The notes under the pieces: generated by a model
What the model was told of the DNA's origin: nothing
What the model saw: only the letters and a program-made list of their open reading frames with translations
The model's database searches: none
Virus record (IMG/VR): IMGVR_UViG_3300029338_000356
Span: 42,633 to 106,632 of that record
Length of the DNA stretch: 64,000 bases
From: a virus
Strand: one strand, 5' to 3'
Position numbers and translations under genes: made by a program
Shown: positions 1 through 10,009 of the stretch, one piece after another
Position numbering within the stretch: position 1 is the first letter of the stretch
How the letters are laid out: each line of letters opens with the position of its first letter

Positions 1-66
1 TGTCCCATGCGCGACGCGGGAAACAAAAAAGGGACGGCATCAAGCCGTCCCCGTCAAGGGAAAAAG

Positions 67-270
67 TCAGATGACCACTACCGTGAGAACCGCTACGATG
101 GTCAGGATGACCACAGCCCATCTCATGTTCGGCCTTTCGCAGAATTCTCCCAACGGAGTATACGTGCCGACCAGTTCCTCGACGGCGGGGATGAGGAACA
201 TGAGCAGTAGGATGATGGCTCCAATAGCAATCGCCACAAGCATGTTCTGTTGAGTCAGCCAGCCCAGCAT
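67..270 (-). CDS. small membrane protein (two hydrophobic helices); start taken at internal Met to avoid overlap with upstream gene
   Basis: ORF 67..357; hydrophobic stretches VAIAIGAIILLLMFLIPAV and AVVILTIVAVLTVVVI; internal ATG at ~270. Confidence 0.3.
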   Translation of the reverse strand: MLGWLTQQNMLVAIAIGAIILLLMFLIPAVEELVGTYTPLGEFCERPNMRWAVVILTIVAVLTVVVI

Positions 271-271
271 G

Positions 272-715
272 TCAAGCCGCCTTGTCGAGCTTGGACAGGA
301 GTTCCGTTCCCGCAGGAAGCAGGGTGAGGGTTCCGGAGGCGATGTCAAGTCGGACAAGCCGGTCGGTCAACAGTTCGACGGCGGCGTTTTCGAAACCGGT
401 CTTGTATGCGTTGGCCGTTCCCTGTCCGGCTTGGCGGAGCAGCGTTTCGCTGTTGCGCTCGTATAGTCGGATTGGACGGTCTGCCTCGCCTTGGGCGAGC
501 GTGGATACGAGGCGCATGCCATCCTTGGTGAGGGACGGGGCTGATTGCCCGTTACGTCGGATGAGTCCGGCATCCAGCAGTCGTCTGCCGATGTTGCTTT
601 TGAGAATGTCGGCGGTCAACCTTCCATTTTCGATGTTGTAGAGGATTCTGGTCTCACCTTCGCTGATACCGGCCATGAGGACACGGAAACGTTGGGTGGA
701 GGATTCTTCGTCCAA
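272..715 (-). CDS. hypothetical protein, possible winged-helix DNA-binding fold
   Basis: 147-aa ORF; ...GRLTADILKSNIGRRLLDAGLIRR... pattern resembles wHTH; no strong family signature. Confidence 0.3.
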   Translation of the reverse strand: MDEESSTQRFRVLMAGISEGETRILYNIENGRLTADILKSNIGRRLLDAGLIRRNGQSAPSLTKDGMRLVSTLAQGEADRPIRLYERNSETLLRQAGQGTANAYKTGFENAAVELLTDRLVRLDIASGTLTLLPAGTELLSKLDKAA

Positions 716-752
716 TGCTGCTCCTTTCAGAGGTTTTGGGGTTTTTCTAAGC

Positions 753-1070
753 TCAGAGGATGTTGACGGGAGTGTCGTTCAGACAGTCCCAGTATTCGAG
801 TAGCGCCACCGGCGATAGTTCTTTGAAGGTTCTGACCACGCCGTCATGCATGGTTTTCGCTTGCCAGTATTCCTCGCTGGACGATTCGGGATTGTCCATC
901 ATTTTGGTGGAGTATTTTTCCATTTCCAACAGGTCGAGTCTGCGTATGAGTGCTACGCCGTTCTCTTCCAGCCCGATGTTTTTCGCCACCCAGTCCCGGA
1001 GCATCCAGCAATTGTCGGAGAACATGTGGATTCGTCCACTACGAGCGTCCCGTAGCATCTGATAGTTCAC
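753..1070 (-). CDS. hypothetical protein
   Basis: 105-aa ORF in co-directional minus-strand gene string. Confidence 0.3.
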   Translation of the reverse strand: MNYQMLRDARSGRIHMFSDNCWMLRDWVAKNIGLEENGVALIRRLDLLEMEKYSTKMMDNPESSSEEYWQAKTMHDGVVRTFKELSPVALLEYWDCLNDTPVNIL

Positions 1071-1906
1071 AGTACACCGCCGTCCTCATAGCCGACGGTG
1101 TACTTTCCTGCGGTACCGTGCAGTCCGCAGTTAATCTGCAATCCGTCCAAGATGACCATGCGGTGTGGGGAGAGTTGCACGTCTTCGCGTAGGTTTTCCA
1201 AACGCATGCCTGACGTCAGTTTTATTAACGTTTGACGGTAGGCTCCGTCCAGTTGGCTCCAATATTTGAGATGCGAGTCTTTCAACTGTCGGAATAGAAG
1301 GAGAGCATGAACGTATTGGCCTGTCCAATCCACTTCGTGCATGAGCCGTTCCAACCGGTTCAGTTGGATGGTCACGTCTTCGGGATTGTTCGCTTGGAAC
1401 AGTGGCCCGTACTCATCCAATGCCTCACGTAGTTCCTGCTGTCGCATATCCCGGATTGGGGTTCCTCCGAATTGCGGACTGTTGGCGAGCCATACTGCCA
1501 AATCCCATGTTTCAGCCGCGTTCGCGTCGATGTTCGGATACGCGCAGTCACGGAGCGTTGTCCAGCTGGCGCTTACCTTGACGAGTCCTCGGATTCCGGA
1601 CACGAAGTTCAGGATGGACAGGAACAGGAAGATGATTTTCCATCCTCCCGTCAGGGAGTTCGAATATGCGAGAAGCCATACCGCCACCAGTAGTCCGAGC
1701 GCGTACACCACGACCTGTGGGAGGACTCCCCTACGGAAGATGGTCTGCAAGACTGCTTCCCGGTCTCCGTTGGAGTATAGGCAGTTTTTGTTCACGGTGT
1801 TGTTCTGATATTCCAAGTATTCAGGCTTTCGACGCTTTGACGTATTTCTTTTTCTTGAATCGTTCATCGACCCGGATGACCCAGCCGGTGTCGCTGGTTC
1901 CGGCAA
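1067..1906 (-). CDS. hypothetical membrane protein
   Basis: 279-aa ORF with two predicted TM helices (VVVYALGLLVAVWLLAY; IIFLFLSILNFVSGI); 4-bp overlap with downstream gene. Confidence 0.4.
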   Translation of the reverse strand: MPEPATPAGSSGSMNDSRKRNTSKRRKPEYLEYQNNTVNKNCLYSNGDREAVLQTIFRRGVLPQVVVYALGLLVAVWLLAYSNSLTGGWKIIFLFLSILNFVSGIRGLVKVSASWTTLRDCAYPNIDANAAETWDLAVWLANSPQFGGTPIRDMRQQELREALDEYGPLFQANNPEDVTIQLNRLERLMHEVDWTGQYVHALLLFRQLKDSHLKYWSQLDGAYRQTLIKLTSGMRLENLREDVQLSPHRMVILDGLQINCGLHGTAGKYTVGYEDGGVL

Positions 1907-2210
1907 TCTGGTAGCGGACTCTTCGTTGGATTTTCAGTGGCCGCAGATATTTGTTGAGTCGGAGTTGTCCGACGGTGGGCGGGTCTCCTAGGATGTGGGG
2001 GATTCTTTGTATTCCGTCGTTTGTGTTGAAGTAAAGCAGGATTGGCGTCTCGTCCTTGCAGGAGTCAAGGAACCCTCCTACGGTGTCAAGGTCTTTGCGT
2101 GGACGGGAACGTTCTTGGGTTTGACTGTCCGTGATGTCCGTTTCGGTGTTCAAAAAGGAACCTTCCTTGTTTGTGACTGGTTCCACTATAACGTAGTTTT
2201 TCGCAAACAA
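1821..2210 (-). CDS. hypothetical protein
   Basis: 129-aa ORF; overlaps 3' of 1067..1906 ORF so true start may be internal. Confidence 0.25.
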   Translation of the reverse strand: MFAKNYVIVEPVTNKEGSFLNTETDITDSQTQERSRPRKDLDTVGGFLDSCKDETPILLYFNTNDGIQRIPHILGDPPTVGQLRLNKYLRPLKIQRRVRYQIAGTSDTGWVIRVDERFKKKKYVKASKA

Positions 2211-2235
2211 GGAAGGTTGCAGGAAAAATTCTTTC

Positions 2236-2607
2236 TCAGGCGAGCTTCGAATCGTAATCGTCGATGGGCTGGGTGAGCGTTTTGCCTTCCCTGACCATTT
2301 TTTCTATGTCCTCGTAGTCGTCACAAGCCGCCCACAGTCCGAGGTCAGGGTTGAGATGATACATGGTTCCAGATTTCACACCTTCGTCAACATAGAGTCC
2401 GTGACTGCAAGTGTTGTTGACGTTGGTGGGCTGTGGGTCTTGCTCGTAGTCATCGATGTTCCACGGGTCGCCTTCGGGCAACAGCACGTAGTCTCCGATG
2501 CCGTCCTGAATATCCCGTAGGCGCTGTTCCTGTTCGTCTTGGAGGTCTTGTTCCCTGTCGAGCATGAGGTTGATTTGATGTTCGATGCTGTTGAAGTAGT
2601 TGCTCAT
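2236..2607 (-). CDS. hypothetical acidic protein
   Basis: 123-aa ORF, D/E-rich, RBS-like GGAGAAA upstream of ATG at 2607. Confidence 0.4.
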   Translation of the reverse strand: MSNYFNSIEHQINLMLDREQDLQDEQEQRLRDIQDGIGDYVLLPEGDPWNIDDYEQDPQPTNVNNTCSHGLYVDEGVKSGTMYHLNPDLGLWAACDDYEDIEKMVREGKTLTQPIDDYDSKLA

Positions 2608-3041
2608 GTTTTTCTCCTTGGCTGGCTTTTTCTGTTATTGTGTGAACGCTTCTAGTATAACATCATTCTCTTCTCAAATCGCCACAATGTCGATTAGAAA
2701 AGAAAATGGTTCCGCCACCCAAAAAAAGAATCCACACACGGGTGGCGGAACCCGAAACACACTCCCCGTGAGGAGCGTTCCACAGAGACCGGGAAAGAAA
2801 CCAGATGGTGGAAGATATACCACGAAAACCCGGTCTCAACTGTTACAGTAAACGACCTCGAACATTCATCTGGTGAAAAACCGGAAAAACAGGAAAAATT
2901 TTCCCAACAAGGGGTTTAACGGGTGTTTTTTCTCTTCTAGATGAACCCTTATCTCTCGCGCAAAAAGACAACCCGCCGCCCTCATATGGAATCTCTATAA
3001 CCATAGATTACAGGCGACGGGTCTCATGGAGAAACCGGCTA

Positions 3042-4067
3042 TCAGTTCCCGTCGGCCACGCATTGCGTGAGGAACGACTTCGTTTCGGCTTTTTCCCAAC
3101 TGCTCATGGACAGTTTGTACTTGTCTTTGATGTACACGCGTTTAGCCATATACGAGCATTGGTACGTCTTGTTGGACGGGAGCCAAATGCTGGGCGTTGC
3201 GTCCTTCCACTTGGTCGAGGAACCGTTCAACGCCTCGTCCTTAACAAGGTTCACGCCCTGCTGTTTGATGTTGTTCGCTTCTCCTTCGGACGCGACGAGC
3301 ACTTCCGGGTCGTTCGCATAGGTGATGCGGTCGCCCTTGCGCGAGTCCTTCCACAGTCCGCTGGCCCAAGCGTCGTTGACCGCCACCACATGGTCGATTT
3401 GGACGGCCATGCTGTCTCCGCCTGTTTTCTTCTGTTTGCCGTTGACGGTCTCGTAGGTGTCGCGCTGGAATTTGATGGCATTGCCTGTATATGGGTCTTG
3501 GAGGGTGCCGGTGAGCACCTTGCAGTTCTTGTCCATGGTCACGTCGGTCATGTCGCGTTTGAGGATGTAGTCGCGGGTGGTGCCGTATCCGCAGAGCTGG
3601 TTGCTGTTCTGCCATGTGCCGAAGTCGGTTTTGCGATTGTATCCTTTGGTGTGCGGGGTTGCGGTTTCGATGTCAGCGAGTTTGTCAAGCGCCTGTTTCG
3701 TGGTGATGGGGCTTAAAGCACCTTCAGGAACGCTTGTAGAGGCTTTTTGTGCTTGACTTGAGGAATTGTCCTCGTTTTGTGTCTGCGTCGTTTCTGAGGG
3801 CGTTTCTGCGGCTTCTGGAGTATTGGTTTGCGAATTGGAGCCGGACGACTTCAAGGAAGGCTCCTTCAACCCCAATTTCACATCCGGCTTCACCTTGGAA
3901 TCCTCACCCGGCATCAACTGGGACAAGTCATTGATTTCCGGCAATCCGAAAATCTTCGACATGGGAGTCCACAATCCCAGATTCACGATGAGCACCATGG
4001 CCGTCAACACGACCAGAATGCCGCCAATCAACGAACCGGCGGACATGCCGCCTTTCTTCTTAGCCAT
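3042..4067 (-). CDS. membrane-anchored secreted nuclease-like protein (DUF1524 / HNH-like C-terminal domain)
   Basis: N-terminal TM (LIGGILVVLTAMVLIVNLGLW), S/T-rich linker, C-terminal region with DHVVAVNDAWASGLW ... motif typical of DUF1524/GmrSD-C HNH-like nucleases. Confidence 0.45.
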   Translation of the reverse strand: MAKKKGGMSAGSLIGGILVVLTAMVLIVNLGLWTPMSKIFGLPEINDLSQLMPGEDSKVKPDVKLGLKEPSLKSSGSNSQTNTPEAAETPSETTQTQNEDNSSSQAQKASTSVPEGALSPITTKQALDKLADIETATPHTKGYNRKTDFGTWQNSNQLCGYGTTRDYILKRDMTDVTMDKNCKVLTGTLQDPYTGNAIKFQRDTYETVNGKQKKTGGDSMAVQIDHVVAVNDAWASGLWKDSRKGDRITYANDPEVLVASEGEANNIKQQGVNLVKDEALNGSSTKWKDATPSIWLPSNKTYQCSYMAKRVYIKDKYKLSMSSWEKAETKSFLTQCVADGN

Positions 4068-5420
4068 AGGAAACCTGCCTTTCGATTCTTATTCATAGCT
4101 GCTCATGCAGTTTTTGATGGTCGATTCCTGTTTCACGGGGTGCCGTCGCAACATCGGTCGCGCCGATGGCGTTCAGGTGGTTGTCACCCTCCACAGGCAT
4201 AAGTTCGGGATAGTTCGCAATCCCTACTTGAAGAATGTTCAACGCGGCGTTCAAATCCCTGTCGAGGGTGAGTCCGCATCGTTCGCACTCGTAAGTGCGT
4301 TCGGGTAACGGCATGGGTTTCCTCATGCCGCAGCGGGAGCAGATTTGACTGCTGGGATACCAGCGGTCGATGTTCCGCACCTGCGTCTTGTATGAGAGTT
4401 GGCGTTTGAATTCGTTGAAGCTGCCGTCGCTTATTGATTTGGCGAGACGGTGGTTTTTGAGCATGCCGTTCACGTTCAAATCTTCCATGAAGCATACGGC
4501 GTTCTCGTCCGCTATCGTCCGTGTCGCCTTGTGTAGCCAGTCACGACGTTTGCAAGCCGTATGGTATTCGTAGCGTGCGAGACGCGCTACGGCCTTGCGA
4601 CGGTTCTTGGAGCCTTTCCTCCTGCGTGCGACGATGCGTTGCAAGTGTTTCTTGCGTCGTTCGCGCTTGCGTAGGACGTGCGGGTTCTTCACCGTCAGAC
4701 CGTCCGAGCAGACCGCCAAGGTCTTCACCCCCAAGTCGATTCCGACAACTCCCGTGGCTTGGTTTTCGCACACGCTCATATCGGTTTCGTAGTTGACGCT
4801 GATGAACCATATGCCCGCCTTATGGCTGACTGTGATGTTGTTGATTTTCGTTATCCTCCGTTCATGGGGTATCCTTTCCATCATTCTTATGGTGAGTTTT
4901 TTGGGCAGCCGTACTGTCCGACCGTCGATTTTGACAACACTGCCGTCGATACGGAACGAGTCGTTATGTCCTTTGCGGTGTAGTTTCGGATGGTTGCCAT
5001 GATGTTGAAACAGGTTCGTAAAACCGTTTTGCAGGTCTTTGATTGCCGCTTCCGGCACCCATTTCGAGCATTCTTTGATGAACGGGAACCGTTCGTACTT
5101 GACGCTGTTGAACCATTTCTTGATGCTGTAGTAGTTGTGTTTCGCCACGCCGTCCCGATAGTCCATGTTCCATTTCATCAGGCAGGTGTTGTATGCCAGT
5201 CTGGAGATGCCGCACCAGCGTGCGAGCATATTCCCTGTCTTGTTGTTCACGTTCAATCGGGTTTTGAACGCGCGGCGCATGACGGACATCATGTGCCGTC
5301 CTTGCCGATAAGGTCGAACGCCTTCCTGTAACGGCGCAGCCCGTACAACCTGCACGAGTAGGTGTGAACTATCGTCATCATGTCCTCAACCATTTCCTGC
5401 TCCAAAAAACAAGTTCCGCT
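4068..5420 (-). mobile_element. IS200/IS605-family insertion sequence carrying tnpB only (IS1341-like); ends approximate
   Basis: TnpB ORF fills the element; right end must lie within the 25 bp between tnpB stop (4093) and nuclease start (4067). Confidence 0.5.
4093..5292 (-). CDS. tnpB: TnpB (IS605 OrfB) RNA-guided endonuclease; start at internal Met
   Basis: N-terminal FKTRLNVNNKTGNMLARWCGISRLAYNTCL, RuvC-like core (GIDLGVKTLAV), C-terminal Zn finger CSRCG...CERCG and DRDLNAALNIL; ORF track 4093..5355. Confidence 0.85.
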   Translation of the reverse strand: MMSVMRRAFKTRLNVNNKTGNMLARWCGISRLAYNTCLMKWNMDYRDGVAKHNYYSIKKWFNSVKYERFPFIKECSKWVPEAAIKDLQNGFTNLFQHHGNHPKLHRKGHNDSFRIDGSVVKIDGRTVRLPKKLTIRMMERIPHERRITKINNITVSHKAGIWFISVNYETDMSVCENQATGVVGIDLGVKTLAVCSDGLTVKNPHVLRKRERRKKHLQRIVARRRKGSKNRRKAVARLARYEYHTACKRRDWLHKATRTIADENAVCFMEDLNVNGMLKNHRLAKSISDGSFNEFKRQLSYKTQVRNIDRWYPSSQICSRCGMRKPMPLPERTYECERCGLTLDRDLNAALNILQVGIANYPELMPVEGDNHLNAIGATDVATAPRETGIDHQKLHEQL

Positions 5421-5573
5421 TCACAGGTTCAAGATGATGCTGATGACGAGACACACGATGAACGCGATGGCGATAATCGCACCGGTCAACGGGCCATTGC
5501 TGTTGATGAACTCAGCGAACTTGTCACCCTCACTGGGCTTGTTATGTCCTGTCAATTTAGTTTTCCTTTCGGA

Positions 5574-6854
5574 TTAGTCGTTCGGACCCTCATTGGGGTC
5601 GCCGGTTACGGAACCGTCATCGGAATTCTGGGATGAACTACTGCTGTTGTTGTCTGACGAATCCGAATCGGAGGAGTCGGAATCGTCATTGTCAGAACCG
5701 TCATCACCGGAACCGCTATCGGAATCCGATGAACTGGAATCGGAAGAATCATCATCGTCATCACTGTTGGAAGAGCCAATCAGCGAACGGTCAATGGCAT
5801 TGCTGAACGCCTTCAACGTGGTCAGACTGCCTTCGGCACCCCAGTCAACGATTTTCGCGCTACCACGGGTCGGATTATGGATGAGGACGGTGACGCTCGT
5901 CTCCACGTCGCTCGTTGAACCAGTGTCCGCGTTCGGGTCGTTGGCCGTGCTTGCATCAACCTTCTTCTCGTAGGGTTTGAACGAGATGCTGACGCTCGCC
6001 GCCGCCCATTCGGGATTGTCGGACTTGTTCTGCTTGTCAACGGTCTTGCCGTCCTTGGTGCATTGCACAAGCCAGTCGAGGGACGAGTTCAGATAAGAAC
6101 CCAAGCTTGCGGGTTGATACATGTGGTCGCTGTTCGGGTCTCCGACAAGAACCGTCAAAGCGTTGGAGTCTTTGCCGATGTATGCTTTAGACCAAGCGCT
6201 GACCACGTTTGTCAGGCTCGTGTTCTGGTCAAGCTGAATGTAATCGTCGGGACGGTACGTGTCCGTATTGCTGTTCGAAGTGACGGTCTTTGGAAGCACG
6301 GTCGGCGTTCCCACCGCAGTAGCCACACCATCGGTGACGGCGACAAGCTGGGTGATATCCCTCGTACTTCCATCCGACTTATCGGTGAGGGACATCTGAT
6401 GACTCCAATACTGGGTGGTGGAACCGTTGGAATCGTCCGAAGTGGATGTGCTGACCTCGGTGGCACCATTCCACCATAGGTTCGCATACCCGTATTGGAA
6501 AGCGCCCTTGTCATCATCCAGCCAACTGTACACGGCTTGCAATGCGACCTGCTTGCCGGGCTTGTCGCCGCTGATTTCCTTGTACTTCTCCGTCAGGTAG
6601 GAACCCATTTCGTTCAACGTGTTGATTGCGCGGACGGAAATCATCGGGGCGACCAGACCGGTGCAGATGAACAGGATGATGAGAACCTTCCACTTCTGGG
6701 TGTTCTTCAACGCCTTCTTCCACGCGGTGAGTTCTATCTCGTCCTTGCGTTCTTTTTCGTCGGCGAACAGGTCGGTCTCATTGTTCGGGTTCTGCTTCGC
6801 CTTCTGCTGTCCCATCGGCTGTTTGCCGTTCTTGTCTTTCTTGCTTCCGAACAC
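5574..6854 (-). CDS. type II membrane protein with extracytoplasmic domain and highly acidic Ser/Asp-rich C-terminal tail; possibly VirB8/TcpC-like conjugation component
   Basis: basic N-terminus, single TM (WKVLIILFICTGLVAPMISV), ~300-aa ectodomain, tail DDDDDSSDSSSSDSDSGSGDDGSDNDDSDSSDSD; sits beside replication/transfer genes. Confidence 0.45.
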   Translation of the reverse strand: MFGSKKDKNGKQPMGQQKAKQNPNNETDLFADEKERKDEIELTAWKKALKNTQKWKVLIILFICTGLVAPMISVRAINTLNEMGSYLTEKYKEISGDKPGKQVALQAVYSWLDDDKGAFQYGYANLWWNGATEVSTSTSDDSNGSTTQYWSHQMSLTDKSDGSTRDITQLVAVTDGVATAVGTPTVLPKTVTSNSNTDTYRPDDYIQLDQNTSLTNVVSAWSKAYIGKDSNALTVLVGDPNSDHMYQPASLGSYLNSSLDWLVQCTKDGKTVDKQNKSDNPEWAAASVSISFKPYEKKVDASTANDPNADTGSTSDVETSVTVLIHNPTRGSAKIVDWGAEGSLTTLKAFSNAIDRSLIGSSNSDDDDDSSDSSSSDSDSGSGDDGSDNDDSDSSDSDSSDNNSSSSSQNSDDGSVTGDPNEGPND

Positions 6855-7082
6855 AGTCCCGCTCCGAATCCGTTTTTCGTCTGACTTGCATCCTCCAGTC
6901 TACCGTTCATCGGAGGTTGATTTCACCGTCTTCGAGGTTTTCAGAAAAGTGTCCGCCGCCGGTGTCGGCTTCTCTGTTTTTCTTTTTCCGGAACTTTTCT
7001 TTTTCTCTCTTCCTTCGAAAGCATTCGGACATGCCTAAACGTTCACGTTGACCTGATTTTTCTAAAAGCATTGAGGATACCC

Positions 7083-7400
7083 CTAAGCGGGTTTAGACCT
7101 GCCCAAACATGGAATCCGAAAAATGGTTTTATTCTGATTTTTGATTTTTTTGCTTCTTTTTGAAAAAACCTGTTTTTTGAAAAAGAAGGGAATATAAGGG
7201 TTATTAATACCTTTTGTAACCTTTTGTAACCTTTTGCGGCGCTGAAACCCCTTGTGGCAGTAGGACTGAGGGCACTTTTTGGTGGGAAAAGTCCACACTT
7301 TGGTGGGAAAAGTCCACACTTTGGTGGGAAAAGTCCACACTAGAAAATATGCAAAAATACATGCCGTGAATAAAAAAAATCAAAATATTTGAAGCCTTTT
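7083..7400. promoter_or_regulatory. putative theta-type replication origin: AT-rich DNA with short direct repeats plus iterons
   Basis: AT-rich 7100-7400 with CCTTTTGTAA x2 (+CCTTTTGCGG), immediately downstream of rep. Confidence 0.55.
7278..7340. repeat. three perfect tandem 21-bp iterons TTTGGTGGGAAAAGTCCACAC
   Basis: exact 21-bp period read directly; each unit has internal GTGG/CCAC dyad and a TCCACA DnaA-box-like core. Confidence 0.85.
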
Positions 7401-7494
7401 TTTAAATGGCATTTTCTCGAATTGGAACTTTCGACACAGAAAGTCGGAAGAAGTGGAACCATTTCTTCCATTCCTACTATCGCCCACGCTTCCG

Positions 7495-8484
7495 TCAAAA
7501 AGGATTAGCGGCATTCCTTATATCATCTGTCGATGAATCATTTTGTCCCGAATTGCATGAGACATCCGCTTTGATTACATGTCCGTCGCAGGAACCCGAT
7601 TCTTCTTTCACAACAACAGCGTCCACAATCTTGCCGTTGGAATGAATGGACGAAATGCTCGGATAGACGGTTATGCCATATTCATCAAGACTTGCCTTCA
7701 ATTCAGGCCATGATTCCTTGACTTTGTTCAAGGCTGTCGTGAATCGTCTTTTGAATTCTTTGACCGGATAGTCGCCGTCCTCGAACTGAACGGTTAGGTC
7801 TTTCCACGGGACTTTCATTCCGCACGAGCGTAACTTATTTGTTCGGAAAGCCAACCACATGTAAATATCCAAAGCGAGTGCAGAATTAGATATGTTCCTG
7901 ATAATGGACATTTGAGCAGGAACGGCTTCCTCTATTAGCAGAGACCACATTTGAGAGGAGAACGTAATATAGGATTCCTTATCCTCGCCGCCAAAATCAA
8001 TGCATACTTTCTGCGCTACCGGGAAACTCTCATACATGCCGCTATCATCCGAAACCCAATGTTCCAATGTTATATGGGTGCAAGCAAGATTCTTGATTGA
8101 CTCAAGGAGAAGACGTTTGCTTTTCCCACCAGCGGAAGCACCCATCGCTTCACACATGGCACGATAGCTTCCTCCAAGGTTCACAGTCATGCTTTCGAAA
8201 TCGACCCGAGAGTCTTTGTTTTTAATCAAAGTACGAATGTAAAGAAGAAACAATCGGGGCACAGAACCATACGACCACTTACCTTCAGTCGGAGTGATGA
8301 TGATTGCGGAACGCCCGTTGGTCTTCTTGATGTAATTCACGTCAGGTTTGCGTGCGGGAAAGAAACTGAGCTGGGACATCACGGAGGGAGCATACCGATA
8401 ACTGTCACTGTCGATAGGTCTGATAGAATTACCCATGTAACCACTTTCCTTAAGCCTCTGGTTGCCCTGCCCCGGCTGTTCCAC
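7495..8484 (-). CDS. plasmid replication initiator protein (RepA_N-like, iteron-associated)
   Basis: 329-aa ORF adjacent to iterons/AT-rich DNA; ...FFPARKPDVNYIKKTNG...RLFLLYIRTL... pattern of Gram-positive RepA; paralogous to 22759..23523. Confidence 0.5.
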   Translation of the reverse strand: MEQPGQGNQRLKESGYMGNSIRPIDSDSYRYAPSVMSQLSFFPARKPDVNYIKKTNGRSAIIITPTEGKWSYGSVPRLFLLYIRTLIKNKDSRVDFESMTVNLGGSYRAMCEAMGASAGGKSKRLLLESIKNLACTHITLEHWVSDDSGMYESFPVAQKVCIDFGGEDKESYITFSSQMWSLLIEEAVPAQMSIIRNISNSALALDIYMWLAFRTNKLRSCGMKVPWKDLTVQFEDGDYPVKEFKRRFTTALNKVKESWPELKASLDEYGITVYPSISSIHSNGKIVDAVVVKEESGSCDGHVIKADVSCNSGQNDSSTDDIRNAANPF

Positions 8485-8686
8485 CAGCGCGGGGCTTTTG
8501 CTTTTCTATCGGCAAGCCTACACCATAACCACCTCAGCATATATGTAAAGAACCTTTTTACTGCGGAAACAAAAAAATCTTCCCGCGTTAGAAAAACCAA
8601 TGGGGCGTACGCTCTAATATGAGCGCCGCCCCATCTGGAAGACTCTGGGAGTCTTTTTGTTCATCCGAATATCAGTATACCGGAGC

Positions 8687-9142
8687 CTAATCCTTCTGCT
8701 CGTACTTGTCGATGAGCGTCTGGTCGAAGTGCCCCTGCTGGAAGCAGTAATCCATCGCGGCATTCAACAATACAGCCTGCTTCGTCCCGTATTCGATGCT
8801 TCTCATCTTCCACGCACGCCAGTTTTCGACGGTGACGTTGCTGCCGATTCTTTTCTCTTTCGGCGGCTGATGCGTTTCGGATGGTGCCGATGTTTCAGGA
8901 TGGGTTATGTCGGTGATGAGCCGTGCCCGACGGTCGGCTTCTTCCTCCGTGAGCGTTTGGGCATGCATGTCGGCGGACGTTTGGACTGACTGGTCTGACG
9001 GTTCCCGCGTTTCAGGAACGGCCTGTGTCGGTTCCTGCTCCGTGTTCGGTTCGCTAATGTTTTCCGGTGATTCCAATGGGCGCATGTCACGCTTGTCCTG
9101 CATTCCGGTTGCGAAAGCGTTGCGTTTGATGTTCTTGACCAT
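8687..9142 (-). CDS. putative centromere-binding partition protein (ParG-like; C-terminal ribbon-helix-helix-like segment)
   Basis: directly downstream of parA; C-terminus KRIGSNVTVENWRAWKMRSIEYGTKQAVLLNAAMDYC fits beta-alpha-alpha RHH; acidic unstructured N-terminus. Confidence 0.3.
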   Translation of the reverse strand: MVKNIKRNAFATGMQDKRDMRPLESPENISEPNTEQEPTQAVPETREPSDQSVQTSADMHAQTLTEEEADRRARLITDITHPETSAPSETHQPPKEKRIGSNVTVENWRAWKMRSIEYGTKQAVLLNAAMDYCFQQGHFDQTLIDKYEQKD

Positions 9143-9172
9143 GATTGCCTACTTACTCCCCTGCTCCTGTTT

Positions 9173-9835
9173 TTATTCTTCCACCAGATTGATTTCAGAC
9201 AGATAGTCGATGAGTTCCTGCACGACGCTGGAATATTCCTTGTTGTCGATTTCGGTTGTGCCGTACATGTTCTTGACGGCTTCACGTTCCGTGATGACGG
9301 TTTCGAACCGTGCGATGCCTTCCTCATCCAGTTCGCTGATGCTGTTCCGGGCGAGTTTCGTTCTCGGCTTCACGCGTGTCAACAGGACGATGCCGTTGCG
9401 TGCCGCCGCGTATGTGCGTCCCGCGTGGGTCAAATCGGATACGGATGGCTGGCATGGGATTATCACCACGTCGCCCGCGTTTATCGCCGCCTGTACCACT
9501 CCCGCGTCGGACGGTGGGGTGTCGATGATGACCCAGCCTGAATATTTTTCGCGGATGAGTTCCGGATTGTTCAATACGGCTTCGTTGGTTTGCACGACGG
9601 GGAAGCCGAGCGTGTATGGTTTCGCGTCCGGATTGTCCTGTCTGCGTCTGCGGTTTTCCTGTTCGACGTACATTTCCCACATGGTCGCGCCGCCCGTGTT
9701 GTCGGAGTCCAAGACTGTGACTTGTTCCCCGCGTTTGTGCAATAGTTCGGCCAATGCCATTGATGTGGTTGTTTTTCCTGAACCGCCTTTGATGATTGCG
9801 ACGGTGATGATGACCGTATGGTTTTTGACTCTCAT
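9173..9835 (-). CDS. parA: ParA/Soj-family partition ATPase (start at internal Met 9835)
   Basis: deviant Walker A IIKGGSGKTTTSMALA, VLDSDNTGGATMW, IIDTPPS motifs; ORF track 9173..9958. Confidence 0.85.
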   Translation of the reverse strand: MRVKNHTVIITVAIIKGGSGKTTTSMALAELLHKRGEQVTVLDSDNTGGATMWEMYVEQENRRRRQDNPDAKPYTLGFPVVQTNEAVLNNPELIREKYSGWVIIDTPPSDAGVVQAAINAGDVVIIPCQPSVSDLTHAGRTYAAARNGIVLLTRVKPRTKLARNSISELDEEGIARFETVITEREAVKNMYGTTEIDNKEYSSVVQELIDYLSEINLVEE

Positions 9836-10009
9836 GTTCTGGTTTCCTTTTTCTGCTTCCGGTGTGGACGGAATCATGGTGGGGGTATGTTTTTTGTTTC
9901 GATGATAACAACGGCGAAAAGTCGGCACGCCGAACTGGAAAACCGTTCGGAGAAACATTCCAGTAAAACAATGGAACGGCGTACAGGTTTACAGGCGGAA
10001 CAGAAAAAC

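Noticed and set aside
3063-3716. Plus-strand ORFs (217 aa and others) inside the nuclease gene, and similar long antisense ORFs inside 10513..14517, 15554..18214, 32807..34795 (minus) and 35677..41061
   Set aside because: High-GC genomes generate long spurious antisense ORFs; the sense-strand products carry clear domain signatures (TM+nuclease, ATPase motifs, pilin, adhesin) whereas the antisense ones are Arg/Gly/His-rich low-complexity.
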